NCBI GenBank assembly: GCA_963783385.1
Contig: CAWANJ010000009.1
Coordinates: 320,001 to 384,000, forward strand
Direction of reading: 5' to 3'
DNA: 64,000 bases
Source: an uncultured Gemmatimonadales bacterium
GTDB lineage: Bacteria > Gemmatimonadota > Gemmatimonadetes > Palauibacterales > Palauibacteraceae
Within the stretch, counting starts at the first letter, position 1. Every line of letters starts with the position of its first letter. The translations under genes were made by a program, and so were the position numbers. Shown here piece after piece: positions 20,821 to 31,263 of this stretch. The notes under the pieces were generated by a model. The model was not told where the DNA came from. It made no database searches and was given only the letters and a program-made list of their open reading frames with translations.

Positions 20821-23505
20821 GTGACACACGAGCTCGAAGCACGGTACGATCCAACGGACCTCGAGGGCCGTCTCTACCGGAGATGGGCCTCCGAGGGCTA
20901 CTTCCACGTGGAGGCCTCCGAGGCGGAGGACCCCTACGTCATCGTGATCCCTCCGCCCAACGTGACCGCGGCCCTCCACATGGGTCACGGCCTCAACAAC
21001 ACGATCCAGGACGTGCTGATCCGGGCGCGGCGCATGCAGGGTCGCCACGCGCTGTGGGTTCCGGGAACGGACCACGCTGGCATCGCCACCCAGAACGTGG
21101 TGGAGCGCCAGCTCGCCGAGGAGGGTCTCACACGCTGGGACCTGGGCCGGGACGCGTTCGTGGAGCGCGTGTGGGCGTGGGTCGAGGAGTACGGGACCCG
21201 CATCATAGAGCAGCTCAAGGCCATCGGCTGCTCGTGCGACTGGCAGCGCACGCGCTTTACGCTGGACGAGGGCCTGTCGCGCGCCGTTCGCGAGGTGTTC
21301 GTCTCGCTGTACGAGAAGGGCCTCGTGTACCGGGGCCAGTACATCATCAACTGGTGCCCGCGGTGTGGAACGGCGCTCTCCAACGAGGAAGCCGAGCACC
21401 GGGAGCAGCCCGGCAAGCTCTGGCACATCGCCTATCCCCTGGAGGATGAGCCCGGGCGCACGGTCATCGTGGCCACCACCCGTCCGGAGACGATGCTCGG
21501 GGACACCGGGCTGGCCGTGCACCCGGACGACGAGCGCCATGCGGACCTGATAGGACGCACGGCGATCCTCCCCCTGGTCGGACGAAGGCTGCCGATCGTG
21601 GCCGACGAGTACGTCGACCCGGAATTCGGCACGGGTGTTCTCAAGGTGACGCCGGCCCACGATCCGAACGACTTCGAGATCGGCCGCCGGCACGACCTCC
21701 CGTTGGTGGACGCCATGACGGACCAGGCCACCATGTCCGACGAGGTTCCAGAGGCATTCCGGGGATTGGACCGGTTCGCGGCCCGGGAGGCCATCGTGGC
21801 GGCCCTCGAGGAGGCGGGCGACCTGGTACGGGTCGAGGACCACGTCCACTCGGTGGGCCGCTGCTATCGGTGCGACACGATCGTCGAGCACCGGCTCAGC
21901 CTGCAGTGGTTCGTGAAGATGGAGCCGCTGGCTCGTCCGGCCCTCGAGGCCTACCGGGATGGGCGCCTGCACTTCCACCCGGAGCGCTACGGCCAGATCT
22001 ACGAGCACTGGATGGAGAACATCCGGGACTGGTGCATCAGTCGTCAGCTGTGGTGGGGTCACCGCATCCCGGTCTGGTACTGCCAGAACGAGGCGTGCGG
22101 GGCCGAGGTCGTGGTCCGCGAGGACCCGGAGGTGTGTCCGGAGTGCGGGGGGGCGCTGGAGCGGGATCCCGACGTGCTCGACACGTGGTTCAGCTCGTGG
22201 CTGTGGCCCTTCAGCACGCTGGGCTGGCCCGAGGAGACACCGGACCTGCAGGCCTTCTACCCGACCGACACCCTGGTGACGGCGGCGGACATCCTGTTCT
22301 TCTGGGTGGCCCGTATGGTCATGGCCGGCCTGGAGTTCATGGGCGACCTTCCGTTCACGGACGTGGTCATCAACGGCACGGTCCGCGACCACCTGGGGCG
22401 CCGCATGTCCAAGTCGCTCGGCAACGGGATCGATCCGCTCGAGGTGGTGGAGCGGTTCGGCGCCGACGCCCTCCGCTTCACGCTGCTCCAGGGCGCGGCC
22501 CTCGGCACGGACCTGCAGCTGGATTACGAGGACCTCGATGCCGCCTTCCAGGTGGGCCGCAACTTCGCGAACAAGATCTGGAACGCAGTGCGCTTCGCCC
22601 TCCCGCACCTGGAGCCGTCCGACCGCACCGGCTCGGGCGCGCCGGAGCTCGAGCTGGCCGATCGGTGGATCCTGAGCCGGGCGCGGGCCGCGGCCAGCGG
22701 GACGAGCGCCGCCCTCGACGATTTCCGGCTCCACCAGGTGGCGGGCGTCACGTATCACTTCGTGTGGGACGAGTTCTGCGACTGGTACCTCGAGCTGGCC
22801 AAGACGCGGCTGGCGGGGGAGCGCGGCGAGGAGAGCCGCCGGGCGGCCGCCTGGACGCTGCGCCAGGTGCTCGAGACCTGGCTGCGGCTCCTCCACCCCG
22901 TGATGCCGTTCATCACCGAGGAGCTCTACCTCAAACTCCCGGGCGTGGACGCGGGGGCCACCCTGATGCTGGGGCCGTGGCCCGCTCCCCCCGCCGAGTG
23001 GGAGGAGCCGGACGCCGAGGCGGCCGTGGGCGAGCTGCAGGAGTTGATCTCCACGCTTCGGAACGTGCGCGCCGAGTATAACATCGATCCGAATCGGGAG
23101 CTGGCCGTCCACCTTGATTCGGTGTCGCCCGACCTAGAGCGGGCCCTCGAAGCCGAGGAGGACGGGCTCCTGCGCCTGGCGCGGGTGGAAGCCGTCCGTC
23201 GAGGACAGGGCGTCGCCGGCGAGGCCGGGGCGCACGCCGTCCTGCGCTCGGGCACGGAGCTGTTCGTACCGCTGGCCGACGTCATCGACCTCGCCCGCGA
23301 GCGGGAACGGATCGAGGAAGAGCTCGACCGCCTGGGGAGTCTGCTCGACGCGTCGCGGAAGCGCCTCGCGAACCAGGACTTCCTGCACAAGGCGCCCGAA
23401 GAGGTCGTCCAGCGCGAGCGCGACAAGGCCCGGTCTTTGGAGGAGCAGCGGGAGCGGCTGCAGGCCAAGCGGCGGGTGCTGTCCGGGTCCGGGGGATCGT
23501 CGTGA
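20821..23505 (+). CDS. valS: Valine--tRNA ligase
   Basis: PPPNVT..LHMGH, DWCISRQLWWGH, RMSKS, C-terminal coiled coil. Confidence 0.97.
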   Translation: MTHELEARYDPTDLEGRLYRRWASEGYFHVEASEAEDPYVIVIPPPNVTAALHMGHGLNNTIQDVLIRARRMQGRHALWVPGTDHAGIATQNVVERQLAEEGLTRWDLGRDAFVERVWAWVEEYGTRIIEQLKAIGCSCDWQRTRFTLDEGLSRAVREVFVSLYEKGLVYRGQYIINWCPRCGTALSNEEAEHREQPGKLWHIAYPLEDEPGRTVIVATTRPETMLGDTGLAVHPDDERHADLIGRTAILPLVGRRLPIVADEYVDPEFGTGVLKVTPAHDPNDFEIGRRHDLPLVDAMTDQATMSDEVPEAFRGLDRFAAREAIVAALEEAGDLVRVEDHVHSVGRCYRCDTIVEHRLSLQWFVKMEPLARPALEAYRDGRLHFHPERYGQIYEHWMENIRDWCISRQLWWGHRIPVWYCQNEACGAEVVVREDPEVCPECGGALERDPDVLDTWFSSWLWPFSTLGWPEETPDLQAFYPTDTLVTAADILFFWVARMVMAGLEFMGDLPFTDVVINGTVRDHLGRRMSKSLGNGIDPLEVVERFGADALRFTLLQGAALGTDLQLDYEDLDAAFQVGRNFANKIWNAVRFALPHLEPSDRTGSGAPELELADRWILSRARAAASGTSAALDDFRLHQVAGVTYHFVWDEFCDWYLELAKTRLAGERGEESRRAAAWTLRQVLETWLRLLHPVMPFITEELYLKLPGVDAGATLMLGPWPAPPAEWEEPDAEAAVGELQELISTLRNVRAEYNIDPNRELAVHLDSVSPDLERALEAEEDGLLRLARVEAVRRGQGVAGEAGAHAVLRSGTELFVPLADVIDLARERERIEEELDRLGSLLDASRKRLANQDFLHKAPEEVVQRERDKARSLEEQRERLQAKRRVLSGSGGSS

Positions 23506-24824
23506 GACGATTCGGCGGGGCCGGACTCGCGCTGCGTCGCGGGGTCGGTCTCGCCGCGCTCCTGTTCCTGGCCGGTTGCGCCAAGGAGGAGGCGCCGCCC
23601 GGCGCCCTCCCGGACACTCGTCCGCCCCAGGTGTCCCGCATCGAGCCCGGCAACGACTCCATCGTGCCCGGCTTCGACGGCGACCTTCACATCGTGTTCA
23701 ACGAGCCCATCAAACCTCCGCAGGACCTGTCGCGGACGTTGCTGGGCTCGCCCGCCTACCGCTACGAAGTCGGGAGCGGGTTCTCGGATCTCAAGATCCA
23801 TCCGGCCGGCGGCTGGCGGGCCGGCGCCGTGTACGTCATCGAGATCCCGGCCGGCATCCCGGACCTGCTCGGGAACCGGACGACCACGCCCATCCGGGTG
23901 GTGTTCTCCACCGGGGCTCCCATCACGGACACCCGGGCCGCGGGGACCCTGCTGGATCGAGTGAGCGGACAGGGCGTGCAGGGGGCACGCGTCCTGTTCG
24001 AGCACCCACCCGACACCATCCCCTACTCGGCCGTGTCCGACACGGGCGGGAGGTTCGCTCTCTCCTCCCTCCCGACGGGGGACTATCGGGTCTATGGCTT
24101 CCGGGACCTGAACGGGGACATGCGGCTCCAGCGCCGGCTCGAGTCGTACGACAGCGCGGCCTTCGACCTGCCCGACTCCACCTCCACCGTCGATCTCACG
24201 CTGCGTCTCACCGAGCCGGACAGCACGCCTCCCCGCCTCCTGGTGGCCACGGCCCTCGACAGCCAGACGGTCGAGCTGCGCTTCGACGACTACCTCGATC
24301 CCGACCAGCGCTTCGACTCTGTGCGGGTGGCGATCCGCGACACCGTCACGGGCGCGTCCTGGCCGGTGTCGGGAGTGGAGCCGGAGACGGTCGGCGGGAG
24401 GAGCGCGGTCGGAGGTCGAGGACCCTCCGCCGCCGGAGCGCCGGCCGATACGGCGCGCCCGGCAGCCGCCGACACGGCCGGGCGCTCACCGGCGGACTCG
24501 GCCGGGTCGCCTGGTGAGCCCACGCGCCCGGAGAGCGCGGACACGGCCGGCCGTCCGGCGCCCGATACGACGCCCCCGGTCTCCCTCGACACGACGGGAG
24601 CGCGCGCTGCCGGCACGGGACCACGCCGGGGCACGCCCGCCACCGGCACATCGGCGCTCCCGGTGCAGAAGCTCCTGGCGCGGCTGGGACGTCCGCTGGC
24701 GCCGGGCGCCTACCGGGTCACGGTGGAGGCGGTCCGGAACCTGCGCGACCTTTCCGGAGGGGGCGACACGCTGTTCGTGTATCCGGCGTCCGACACGGCC
24801 GGCCGGGTGGGAGGCGGACGATGA
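23502..24824 (+). CDS. Lipoprotein with bacterial Ig-like and carboxypeptidase-regulatory-like domains
   Basis: FLAGC lipobox, PDTRPP, FNEP, DLLGN, FRDLNGD; many D-S/T repeats. Confidence 0.75.
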   Translation: MRRFGGAGLALRRGVGLAALLFLAGCAKEEAPPGALPDTRPPQVSRIEPGNDSIVPGFDGDLHIVFNEPIKPPQDLSRTLLGSPAYRYEVGSGFSDLKIHPAGGWRAGAVYVIEIPAGIPDLLGNRTTTPIRVVFSTGAPITDTRAAGTLLDRVSGQGVQGARVLFEHPPDTIPYSAVSDTGGRFALSSLPTGDYRVYGFRDLNGDMRLQRRLESYDSAAFDLPDSTSTVDLTLRLTEPDSTPPRLLVATALDSQTVELRFDDYLDPDQRFDSVRVAIRDTVTGASWPVSGVEPETVGGRSAVGGRGPSAAGAPADTARPAAADTAGRSPADSAGSPGEPTRPESADTAGRPAPDTTPPVSLDTTGARAAGTGPRRGTPATGTSALPVQKLLARLGRPLAPGAYRVTVEAVRNLRDLSGGGDTLFVYPASDTAGRVGGGR

Positions 24825-26251
24825 GGCCCGATCCCGAAGCGGCTCGGCAGCACGAGCGGGCGGCCGATCCCCGGCGCCGACTCCCGGCGGTGGACCGTCT
24901 CCTCGACTTGCCGGGGCCCTCGGCCTGGACGGCGCGCAGCGGACGGGACGAGGTCGTGCGCGCTCTGCGTGCCGGCCTGGATCGGGTCCGGGCCGAGCTC
25001 TCGTCCGGCAGCCTCGGGTCCGGGAACCCGACGGAGAGGATTCTCGCGGCGGCCGAGGCGTGGCTCGAAGCGCGGAGCCGACCGTCGCTGGACAGGGTCC
25101 TGAACGGGACCGGGGTCGTCTTGCATACGAACCTGGGACGGGCACCGCTGGCCGCGGCCGCGCTCGAGGCCATGGAGCGCGTGGGGCGCGGCTACTCCAA
25201 CCTCGAATATGATCTCGAGGCGGGCGAGCGCGGGAGCCGCTACGAGCACTGCACGGCGCTGTTGCGCGAGCTCACGGGGGCGGAGGCCGCCCTCGTCGTC
25301 AACAACAACGCCGCCGCGGTCGCCCTGACCGTGAACGAGATGGCGGCCGGGGGCGAGGTCGTGGTCTCGAGGGGCGAGCTCGTCGAGATTGGCGGCTCCT
25401 TCCGGGTGCCCGACATCGTGGCCCGCGCCGGAGCTCGCCTCCGGGAGGTGGGGACGACGAACCGCACCCGGGCCGAAGACTACCGCCGGGCGCTCGGGCC
25501 CGGCACGGGCCTGATCCTCAAAGTGCACCCGTCCAACTACAGGGTCGAAGGATTCGTCGAGAGCGTCGAGCTCGCGGAGCTCGTCGCGCTGGGACGGGCC
25601 GGCGGCGTCCCGGTGGTCCACGATCTCGGCTCTGGCCTGCTTCGACCGGAGCTCCTCCCGGGATTCCCCGCCGAGCCCACACCCGGAGCTTCCCTCGAGG
25701 CCGGGGCCGACCTGGTGACCTGGAGCGGAGACAAGCTCCTCGGCGGCCCGCAGGCCGGGGTCATCGTCGGCCGGCGCCAGGCCGTGGACCGACTGCGCGG
25801 GAACCCGCTTCTGCGCGCCTTCAGGGTGGACAGGACCACGCTGGCCGCGCTCGAGGCCACACTCCGGCTGTACCGTGACCCGGCGAAGGCCGTGCGGGAG
25901 ATCCCGGCGCTCCGGATGCTGACCGAGGACGTGACGTCCGTTCGGGAGCGGGCGCGGGGCGCCCTCGAGGGCCTCGATGCCCCCGGCTCGGTCCGGGTCG
26001 CGTTGAGGGACGTGACCTCGCTGGTCGGCGGCGGCTCGTTTCCTGGCTTCGAGCTCCCATCGGCGGGCTGGGAGGTGTCCGGCGTGGACGCGGGCGCGGT
26101 GGACGCCGCCTGCCGGAACGCGCGTCCGCCCCTGGTGGGCCGGGTGCGGGAGGGGAGGTTCCGCGTCGACTTCCGCACGATCCTCCCCGGCGAGGAGTGG
26201 CTGGTCCGGGACGTGCTCACGGCGGCCCTCGCCGAGGCGCAGGACACGTGA
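24821..26251 (+). CDS. selA: L-seryl-tRNA(Sec) selenium transferase
   Basis: NGTGVVLHTNLGRA, VNNNAAA, SRGELVEIGGSFR, SGDKLLGGPQAG. Confidence 0.96.
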   Translation: MRPDPEAARQHERAADPRRRLPAVDRLLDLPGPSAWTARSGRDEVVRALRAGLDRVRAELSSGSLGSGNPTERILAAAEAWLEARSRPSLDRVLNGTGVVLHTNLGRAPLAAAALEAMERVGRGYSNLEYDLEAGERGSRYEHCTALLRELTGAEAALVVNNNAAAVALTVNEMAAGGEVVVSRGELVEIGGSFRVPDIVARAGARLREVGTTNRTRAEDYRRALGPGTGLILKVHPSNYRVEGFVESVELAELVALGRAGGVPVVHDLGSGLLRPELLPGFPAEPTPGASLEAGADLVTWSGDKLLGGPQAGVIVGRRQAVDRLRGNPLLRAFRVDRTTLAALEATLRLYRDPAKAVREIPALRMLTEDVTSVRERARGALEGLDAPGSVRVALRDVTSLVGGGSFPGFELPSAGWEVSGVDAGAVDAACRNARPPLVGRVREGRFRVDFRTILPGEEWLVRDVLTAALAEAQDT

Positions 26252-26264
26252 GGGAACGAACGGG

Positions 26265-26834
26265 GTGCGGCAATTGAGGTACTCGGCGGCGTTCCTGGAT
26301 CGCGACGGCACGCTCATCCGTGACCGCGGCTACCTGGGCGATCCGGCCGGCGTCGAGCTCCTGCCCGGGGCGGCCCGTGCGGTGGCCCTGCTCAACGCCC
26401 GTGCGATTCCCGTGTACGTGGTCACGAACCAGTCGGGCATCGGGCGCGGGCTCTATACGGAGGCCGACTTCTGGGTCGTACACGACGAGATGGAGCGGCA
26501 GTTGGCCCTGAGAGGCTCGGCGCTGGACGGCGTGGCATTCTGCCCCCACGATCCGCGCGGCGGGAGCGCCTGTGCGTGCCGCAAGCCCGGCCTCGCGCTC
26601 TACCGGGAGCTGGCCGAGCGCCGCGGGATCCGACTGGCGGAGGCCCTGTTCGTGGGCGACCGCCCGCACGATGTCCTGCCGGCCGAGCGGACGGGCGGCA
26701 CGGGGTTCATGGTGCGGACCGGTCCGGGCGACGAATCCGGGGAGGTTCCGGACTCGGTGGAGGTGGTGGAGGACCTGTGGGAAGCCGTGACGAGGGCGCT
26801 CGGCCCGGGAGGCGGAGACGACGATGAGCGGTGA
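26265..26834 (+). CDS. gmhB: HAD-IIIA D,D-heptose 1,7-bisphosphate phosphatase-like
   Basis: FLDRDGT, TNQSGIGRG, CPH...CACRKP, GDR. Confidence 0.8.
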   Translation: MRQLRYSAAFLDRDGTLIRDRGYLGDPAGVELLPGAARAVALLNARAIPVYVVTNQSGIGRGLYTEADFWVVHDEMERQLALRGSALDGVAFCPHDPRGGSACACRKPGLALYRELAERRGIRLAEALFVGDRPHDVLPAERTGGTGFMVRTGPGDESGEVPDSVEVVEDLWEAVTRALGPGGGDDDER

Positions 26835-27525
26835 GGGAACCGGGTCGAGCCGATCCGGCCCCGCCAGGCTGGCGGTGCTGGCTTCGGGCTCGGGAACCAA
26901 CCTCCAGGCCCTCCTCGACCGGTTCGGCGACGATGGGGATCCGTCCGGCATGGTGGCGGCTGTGATCGCCAGCTCCGAGCGCGCCGGCGCCCTCGAGCGA
27001 GCGCGGCGCTCCGGCGTGCCGGGCCACGTGCTGGACGCGGTGGACGCGGGGACCGACTCGGAGCGCATCGGCGCGCTTCTGGATGCGTGCCGGGCGGACC
27101 TGGTCGTGCTCGCGGGCTACCTGCGCATGGTACCGGCGACGGTCGTCCGTGCCTACCGGGGCCGGATGGTCAACGTCCATCCGGCGCTGTTGCCGGGCTT
27201 CGGTGGGCAGGGCATGTACGGCCAGCGCGTCCATCGTGCCGTCCTGGAAGCGGGGGTGCGGGTCACCGGCGTGACCGTGCACTTCGTGGACGAGCACTAC
27301 GACCGGGGACCGATCATCGCCCAGTGGCCGGTGCCGGTGCTCGAAGCCGACGATCCGGAGACCCTGGCGGCGCGGGTCCTGCGCGTGGAGCATCGGGTGC
27401 TGCCGGAGGTCGTGTCCGCGCTGGCGCGCGGAGTGGTGAGGCTGGAAGACGGTCGGTGTCGCTGGACCCGGCCGTGGTTCGTCTCCGAGCGCTTCATCGG
27501 CGGCGGAGACGGGCCCGCAGAGTGA
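26824..27525 (+). CDS. purN: Phosphoribosylglycinamide formyltransferase
   Basis: SGSGTNLQA, NVHPALLP, GVTVHFVDE.YD.GPII. Confidence 0.95.
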   Translation: MSGEGTGSSRSGPARLAVLASGSGTNLQALLDRFGDDGDPSGMVAAVIASSERAGALERARRSGVPGHVLDAVDAGTDSERIGALLDACRADLVVLAGYLRMVPATVVRAYRGRMVNVHPALLPGFGGQGMYGQRVHRAVLEAGVRVTGVTVHFVDEHYDRGPIIAQWPVPVLEADDPETLAARVLRVEHRVLPEVVSALARGVVRLEDGRCRWTRPWFVSERFIGGGDGPAE

Positions 27526-27561
27526 GACCAACGTCCTATTCCACATGATATGGGGAGCCAC

Positions 27562-29157
27562 ATGCCGATCGCGCTGCTGAGCGTGTCAGACAAGCGGGGG
27601 ATCGTGGAGTTCGGCCGGTCGCTTCAGGGCCGCGGGTGGGAGATCGTGTCCACCGGAGGGACGGCGCGAGCCCTCAGGGGCGGAGACGTCCCCGTGACGG
27701 AGATCGGGGAATTCACGGGCTTCCCGGAGCTCATGGGGGGACGAGTGAAGACCCTGCACCCGGCCGTGCACGCCGGCATCCTCGCCAGGCGGTCGGTGGC
27801 CTCGGACATGGAGGAACTTCGGAAACACGAGCTCTCTCCCATCGACCTGGTCGCGGTCAACCTGTATCCCTTCCGTGAGACCGTCGCCCGCCCCAGCGTC
27901 TCGGAGGCGGACGCCCTCGGCCAGATCGACATCGGTGGGCCGACCCTCCTGCGGGCCGCGGCCAAGAACCACGCGTTCGTGTGGGTGGTGTGCGATCCGG
28001 ACGACTACGACACGGTCCTGAGCGCCATGCAGGCCGAGGACGATCCCGGTCTCCGTCGTCGTCTGGCCGCGAAGGTCTTTCTTCACACCGCGGCCTACGA
28101 TGCCGCCATCGCCGGGCATCTGGAGGAGCGGACGTCGGACGCCGGGGTCGGAACCCTGCCTGCCGAGCTCCTGTGGCCGCTGGAGCGCGTCCAATCGCTG
28201 CGGTACGGGGAGAACCCCGACCAGGCGGCGGCATTCTATCGGGACCCGTCGGTTCCGCCATGGGGCGTTCCCGGACTCAAGCAGCTCCAGGGCAAGGAGC
28301 TGTCCTACAACAACCTGCTCGACGTGGACGGCGCGCTCCTGGCCCTGGGTCCCTTCCTCGGGGATGGGGAGGTGGCGGCGTGTGCCATTCTCAAGCACAC
28401 GACGCCGTGTGGACTCGCGGTGGGCCGCACGTGCGCCGAAGCGTTCGAAAAGGCACGGGCCTGCGACCCGATGTCGGCGTTCGGCTCCACCGTGGCCTTC
28501 AGTCAGCCGGTGACCGAAGCTGCGGCCGAGGCCATGTCGGACCTGTTCGTGGAGTGCGTCGTCGCGCCGGGGTACGCGGGGGCCGCCCTCCGGCTCCTGC
28601 AGGGGAAGTCCAACCTGCGGATCCTCGAGCCCGAGGAGGGGGTCGAATTCGGTGTTCCGACCGGCCACGTCCGTTCCGGCCTCGACGCGCGGGGGGTGCG
28701 TGGCGGACTCCTGGTCCAGACGGCGCCGGCGCCGGTGGACCCGAGAGCGGTGGCCCGGAGCGAAGGTACCGAGGTTCCGACGCGACGTCAGCCATCGGAG
28801 GGCGAGCGGGCCGACCTCGGGTTCGCCTGGGCGGCCGTGCAGTCGGTCAAGTCGAACGCCATCCTGCTCGCGCGTGACGGTGCCACGATCGGCATCGGGG
28901 CGGGGCAGATGAGCCGCGTGGACGCCGTGAAGATCGCCGTCCGCAAGGCGGGCGAGGCGGGCCTGGAGACCCGGGGATGCGTGCTGGCCTCCGACGCCTT
29001 CTTCCCCTTCCGCGACAACATCGATGTGGCCGCGGAGGCCGGCGTGCGCGCCATCATCCAGCCGGGGGGCTCGATCCGCGATGACGAAGTCGTGGAGGCG
29101 GCCGACGAGCACGACCTGGCCATGGTGTTCACGGGCCGGAGGCTGTTCCGCCACTGA
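27562..29157 (+). CDS. purH: Bifunctional AICAR transformylase/IMP cyclohydrolase
   Basis: ALLSVSDK, GRVKTLHP, RYGENP, VKSNAI, SDAFFPF. Confidence 0.97.
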   Translation: MPIALLSVSDKRGIVEFGRSLQGRGWEIVSTGGTARALRGGDVPVTEIGEFTGFPELMGGRVKTLHPAVHAGILARRSVASDMEELRKHELSPIDLVAVNLYPFRETVARPSVSEADALGQIDIGGPTLLRAAAKNHAFVWVVCDPDDYDTVLSAMQAEDDPGLRRRLAAKVFLHTAAYDAAIAGHLEERTSDAGVGTLPAELLWPLERVQSLRYGENPDQAAAFYRDPSVPPWGVPGLKQLQGKELSYNNLLDVDGALLALGPFLGDGEVAACAILKHTTPCGLAVGRTCAEAFEKARACDPMSAFGSTVAFSQPVTEAAAEAMSDLFVECVVAPGYAGAALRLLQGKSNLRILEPEEGVEFGVPTGHVRSGLDARGVRGGLLVQTAPAPVDPRAVARSEGTEVPTRRQPSEGERADLGFAWAAVQSVKSNAILLARDGATIGIGAGQMSRVDAVKIAVRKAGEAGLETRGCVLASDAFFPFRDNIDVAAEAGVRAIIQPGGSIRDDEVVEAADEHDLAMVFTGRRLFRH

Positions 29158-29516
29158 GCGGTCGCACGGAAAGGCAGGTGGCCGGCGCGGTCCACCCGAT
29201 CGGGATTCGCCCACCGGGGGACCAGGTTGGACATCCGGGGCCGGCAGGGCCCGGTCCGTGGAACGCCGCCCGCGATGAGTGGAGTGACATGGCCCACATC
29301 CACCGTCTCCGTCCGTCGCGGGCTCTCCCGGCCGCTCCGCCGAACCTCCTCCGTGGCCCGACGGCCGCCTCGTCGTTAGATCATGGCCGACCGCCTGACG
29401 CGATTCGCGTCGTCGCTCCATGCATCATGGGAAGCGTCCCGGGTGTCTAGGGGAGGAGCGACACCCGCGGTCGCGTTGCGGGCGGTGGGATCTCGAAAAC
29501 ACCAGGGAGGAGACGG

Positions 29517-31076
29517 ATGAGGAAGATCGCGAGTTCGGTGCTGGCGCTGTTCGCGTGCGGGACGCTGGCAGCCGGAATGCTGTCGCCGGCGTCGGCGCAG
29601 CAGCGCACGGCGCCCGGCCGGGAGCCGCACGCGCGCCAGGCGGCGGATACGACGTCGGGCTACCCGGAGCCGCCGGCCTCGACGACGGAGCATACCATCG
29701 CCGTGGCGGGACAGACGGTGCGCTACAGAGCCACGGCCGGCACGATCGAGCTCCGCGACGACGCTGGGAAGCCGACGGCCAGCGTGTTTTACGTCGCCTA
29801 TACGAAGGAGGGCGTGCAGAATCCCTCCACCCGCCCGGTCACCTTTGCGTACAACGGGGGGCCGGGCTCCTCGTCCATGTGGCTCCACATGGGCGCCCTC
29901 GGCCCCCGGCGGGTCGTGATGGGCGACACCGCGCACATCGCACCGCCGCCCTATCGGCTGGAGGACAATCCGTACACGCCGCTCGACAAGACCGACCTCG
30001 TGTTCATCGACCCGGTCGGGACCGGCTTCAGCCACCCGCTCGGAGATGCCAAGGGCAAGGACTTCTGGGGCGTGGACCAGGACGTCCGGTCGGTGGGGCA
30101 GTTCATCACGCGCTGGGTGCGCCAGAACGACCGCTGGAACTCGCCGCGCTACCTGTTCGGCGAGAGCTACGGGACGACGCGTTCGGCGAACCTCGTAAAC
30201 TACATGCAGAACCACTACGATATGGACTTCAACGGCGTGGTTCTCACGTCGGTCGTCCTCGACTTCCAGACGATCGGGTGGAGCGCCGGGAACGAGCTCC
30301 CCTACCTCCTCTACCTGCCGTCCTACGCGGCGGTGGCCTGGTACCACCACGCCCTTCCGCAGCGGCCGGACTCGCTGGCGCCCTTCCTGGGGCAGGTCAG
30401 GAGCTTCGCCCTCACCGATTACGCGCACGCCCTGGCCGAAGGTTCGAAGATCGGCGACCAGGAGCGGAACGCCGTCCTGGACAAGCTCCACCAGTACACG
30501 GGGCTGAGCCGGGACTACCTCGACAAGGCCGATCTGCGGGTGGACAACAGCGAGTTCGAGAAGGAGCTGATGCGCGAGCATGGGGTGGTGATCGGCCGCC
30601 TGGATGCACGCTTCACCGGGCCCACCGGTGACCTGCTCGGCGAGCGGGCGCCCTACGACCCCCAGTCGGTGGCCATCAGCTCGGCGTTCGCGTCGACCTT
30701 CCGGACCTACCTGCAGAACGAGCTCCACTACCGCACCGAGCGTCCCTATCAGGTGAGCGGCAACGTCCGACCGTGGGACTGGACGCACGGGCGGAGCTTC
30801 GGCTGGCCCGGCTTCACGAACGTCGCGCCGGACCTGGCGGAGGCGCTGCAGCGGAACCCGCACCTGCAGGTCCTGGTGAACAACGGCTACTACGATCTGG
30901 CCACGCCCTTCTTCGCGACCGAGTACACCATGGACCACCTCGGGCTGCCCGCCGATCTCCGGGGGCACGTGCACATGGCCTACTACGACGCCGGCCACAT
31001 GATGTACGTGCACGATGCGTCGCTGGCGAAGATGAAGCAGAACTTCGCCCGCTTCATCGACGAGACCACCCACTGA
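29517..31076 (+). CDS. Secreted serine carboxypeptidase, peptidase S10 family
   Basis: Signal peptide; NGGPGSSS, DPVGTGFS, GESYG, YDAGHMMY. Confidence 0.9.
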   Translation: MRKIASSVLALFACGTLAAGMLSPASAQQRTAPGREPHARQAADTTSGYPEPPASTTEHTIAVAGQTVRYRATAGTIELRDDAGKPTASVFYVAYTKEGVQNPSTRPVTFAYNGGPGSSSMWLHMGALGPRRVVMGDTAHIAPPPYRLEDNPYTPLDKTDLVFIDPVGTGFSHPLGDAKGKDFWGVDQDVRSVGQFITRWVRQNDRWNSPRYLFGESYGTTRSANLVNYMQNHYDMDFNGVVLTSVVLDFQTIGWSAGNELPYLLYLPSYAAVAWYHHALPQRPDSLAPFLGQVRSFALTDYAHALAEGSKIGDQERNAVLDKLHQYTGLSRDYLDKADLRVDNSEFEKELMREHGVVIGRLDARFTGPTGDLLGERAPYDPQSVAISSAFASTFRTYLQNELHYRTERPYQVSGNVRPWDWTHGRSFGWPGFTNVAPDLAEALQRNPHLQVLVNNGYYDLATPFFATEYTMDHLGLPADLRGHVHMAYYDAGHMMYVHDASLAKMKQNFARFIDETTH

Positions 31077-31173
31077 GCTGACGGGGGACGCCCCCCATCC
31101 AGGAGTGAGCCGGCCGCCACTCGCGGCCGGCTCTCCTCCGCCCCCGCCACCCGGCTCCGGCGACCAAGTTCCC

Positions 31174-31202
31174 TTGACTGCCTCCATACGTCCCTCTACT
31201 GT
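31174..31202 (+). promoter_or_regulatory. sigma70-type promoter of the oxidase operon
   Basis: TTGACT-17nt-TACTGT. Confidence 0.55.
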
Positions 31203-31263
31203 GGCGCGTGCTTGAATCCTCCCCACGGAGGATCCCTCACAGGACAGGATCGCGACGGGGCGA

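Noticed and set aside
20431-23112. Very long antisense or alternate-frame ORFs (e.g. 20431..23112, 31237..33870, 40990..44256, 14856..16898)
   Set aside because: Shadow ORFs of GC-rich codon usage over well-identified genes; no recognisable motifs
24436-24600. Repetitive GCCGACACGGCC-like DNA as tandem repeat or CRISPR
   Set aside because: Degenerate and in frame; explained by ADTA/ADSA peptide repeats
26265-26834. HAD phosphatase as the histidinol phosphatase HisN
   Set aside because: GmhB-like Zn motif and location outside the his operon; the PHP gene fills that step
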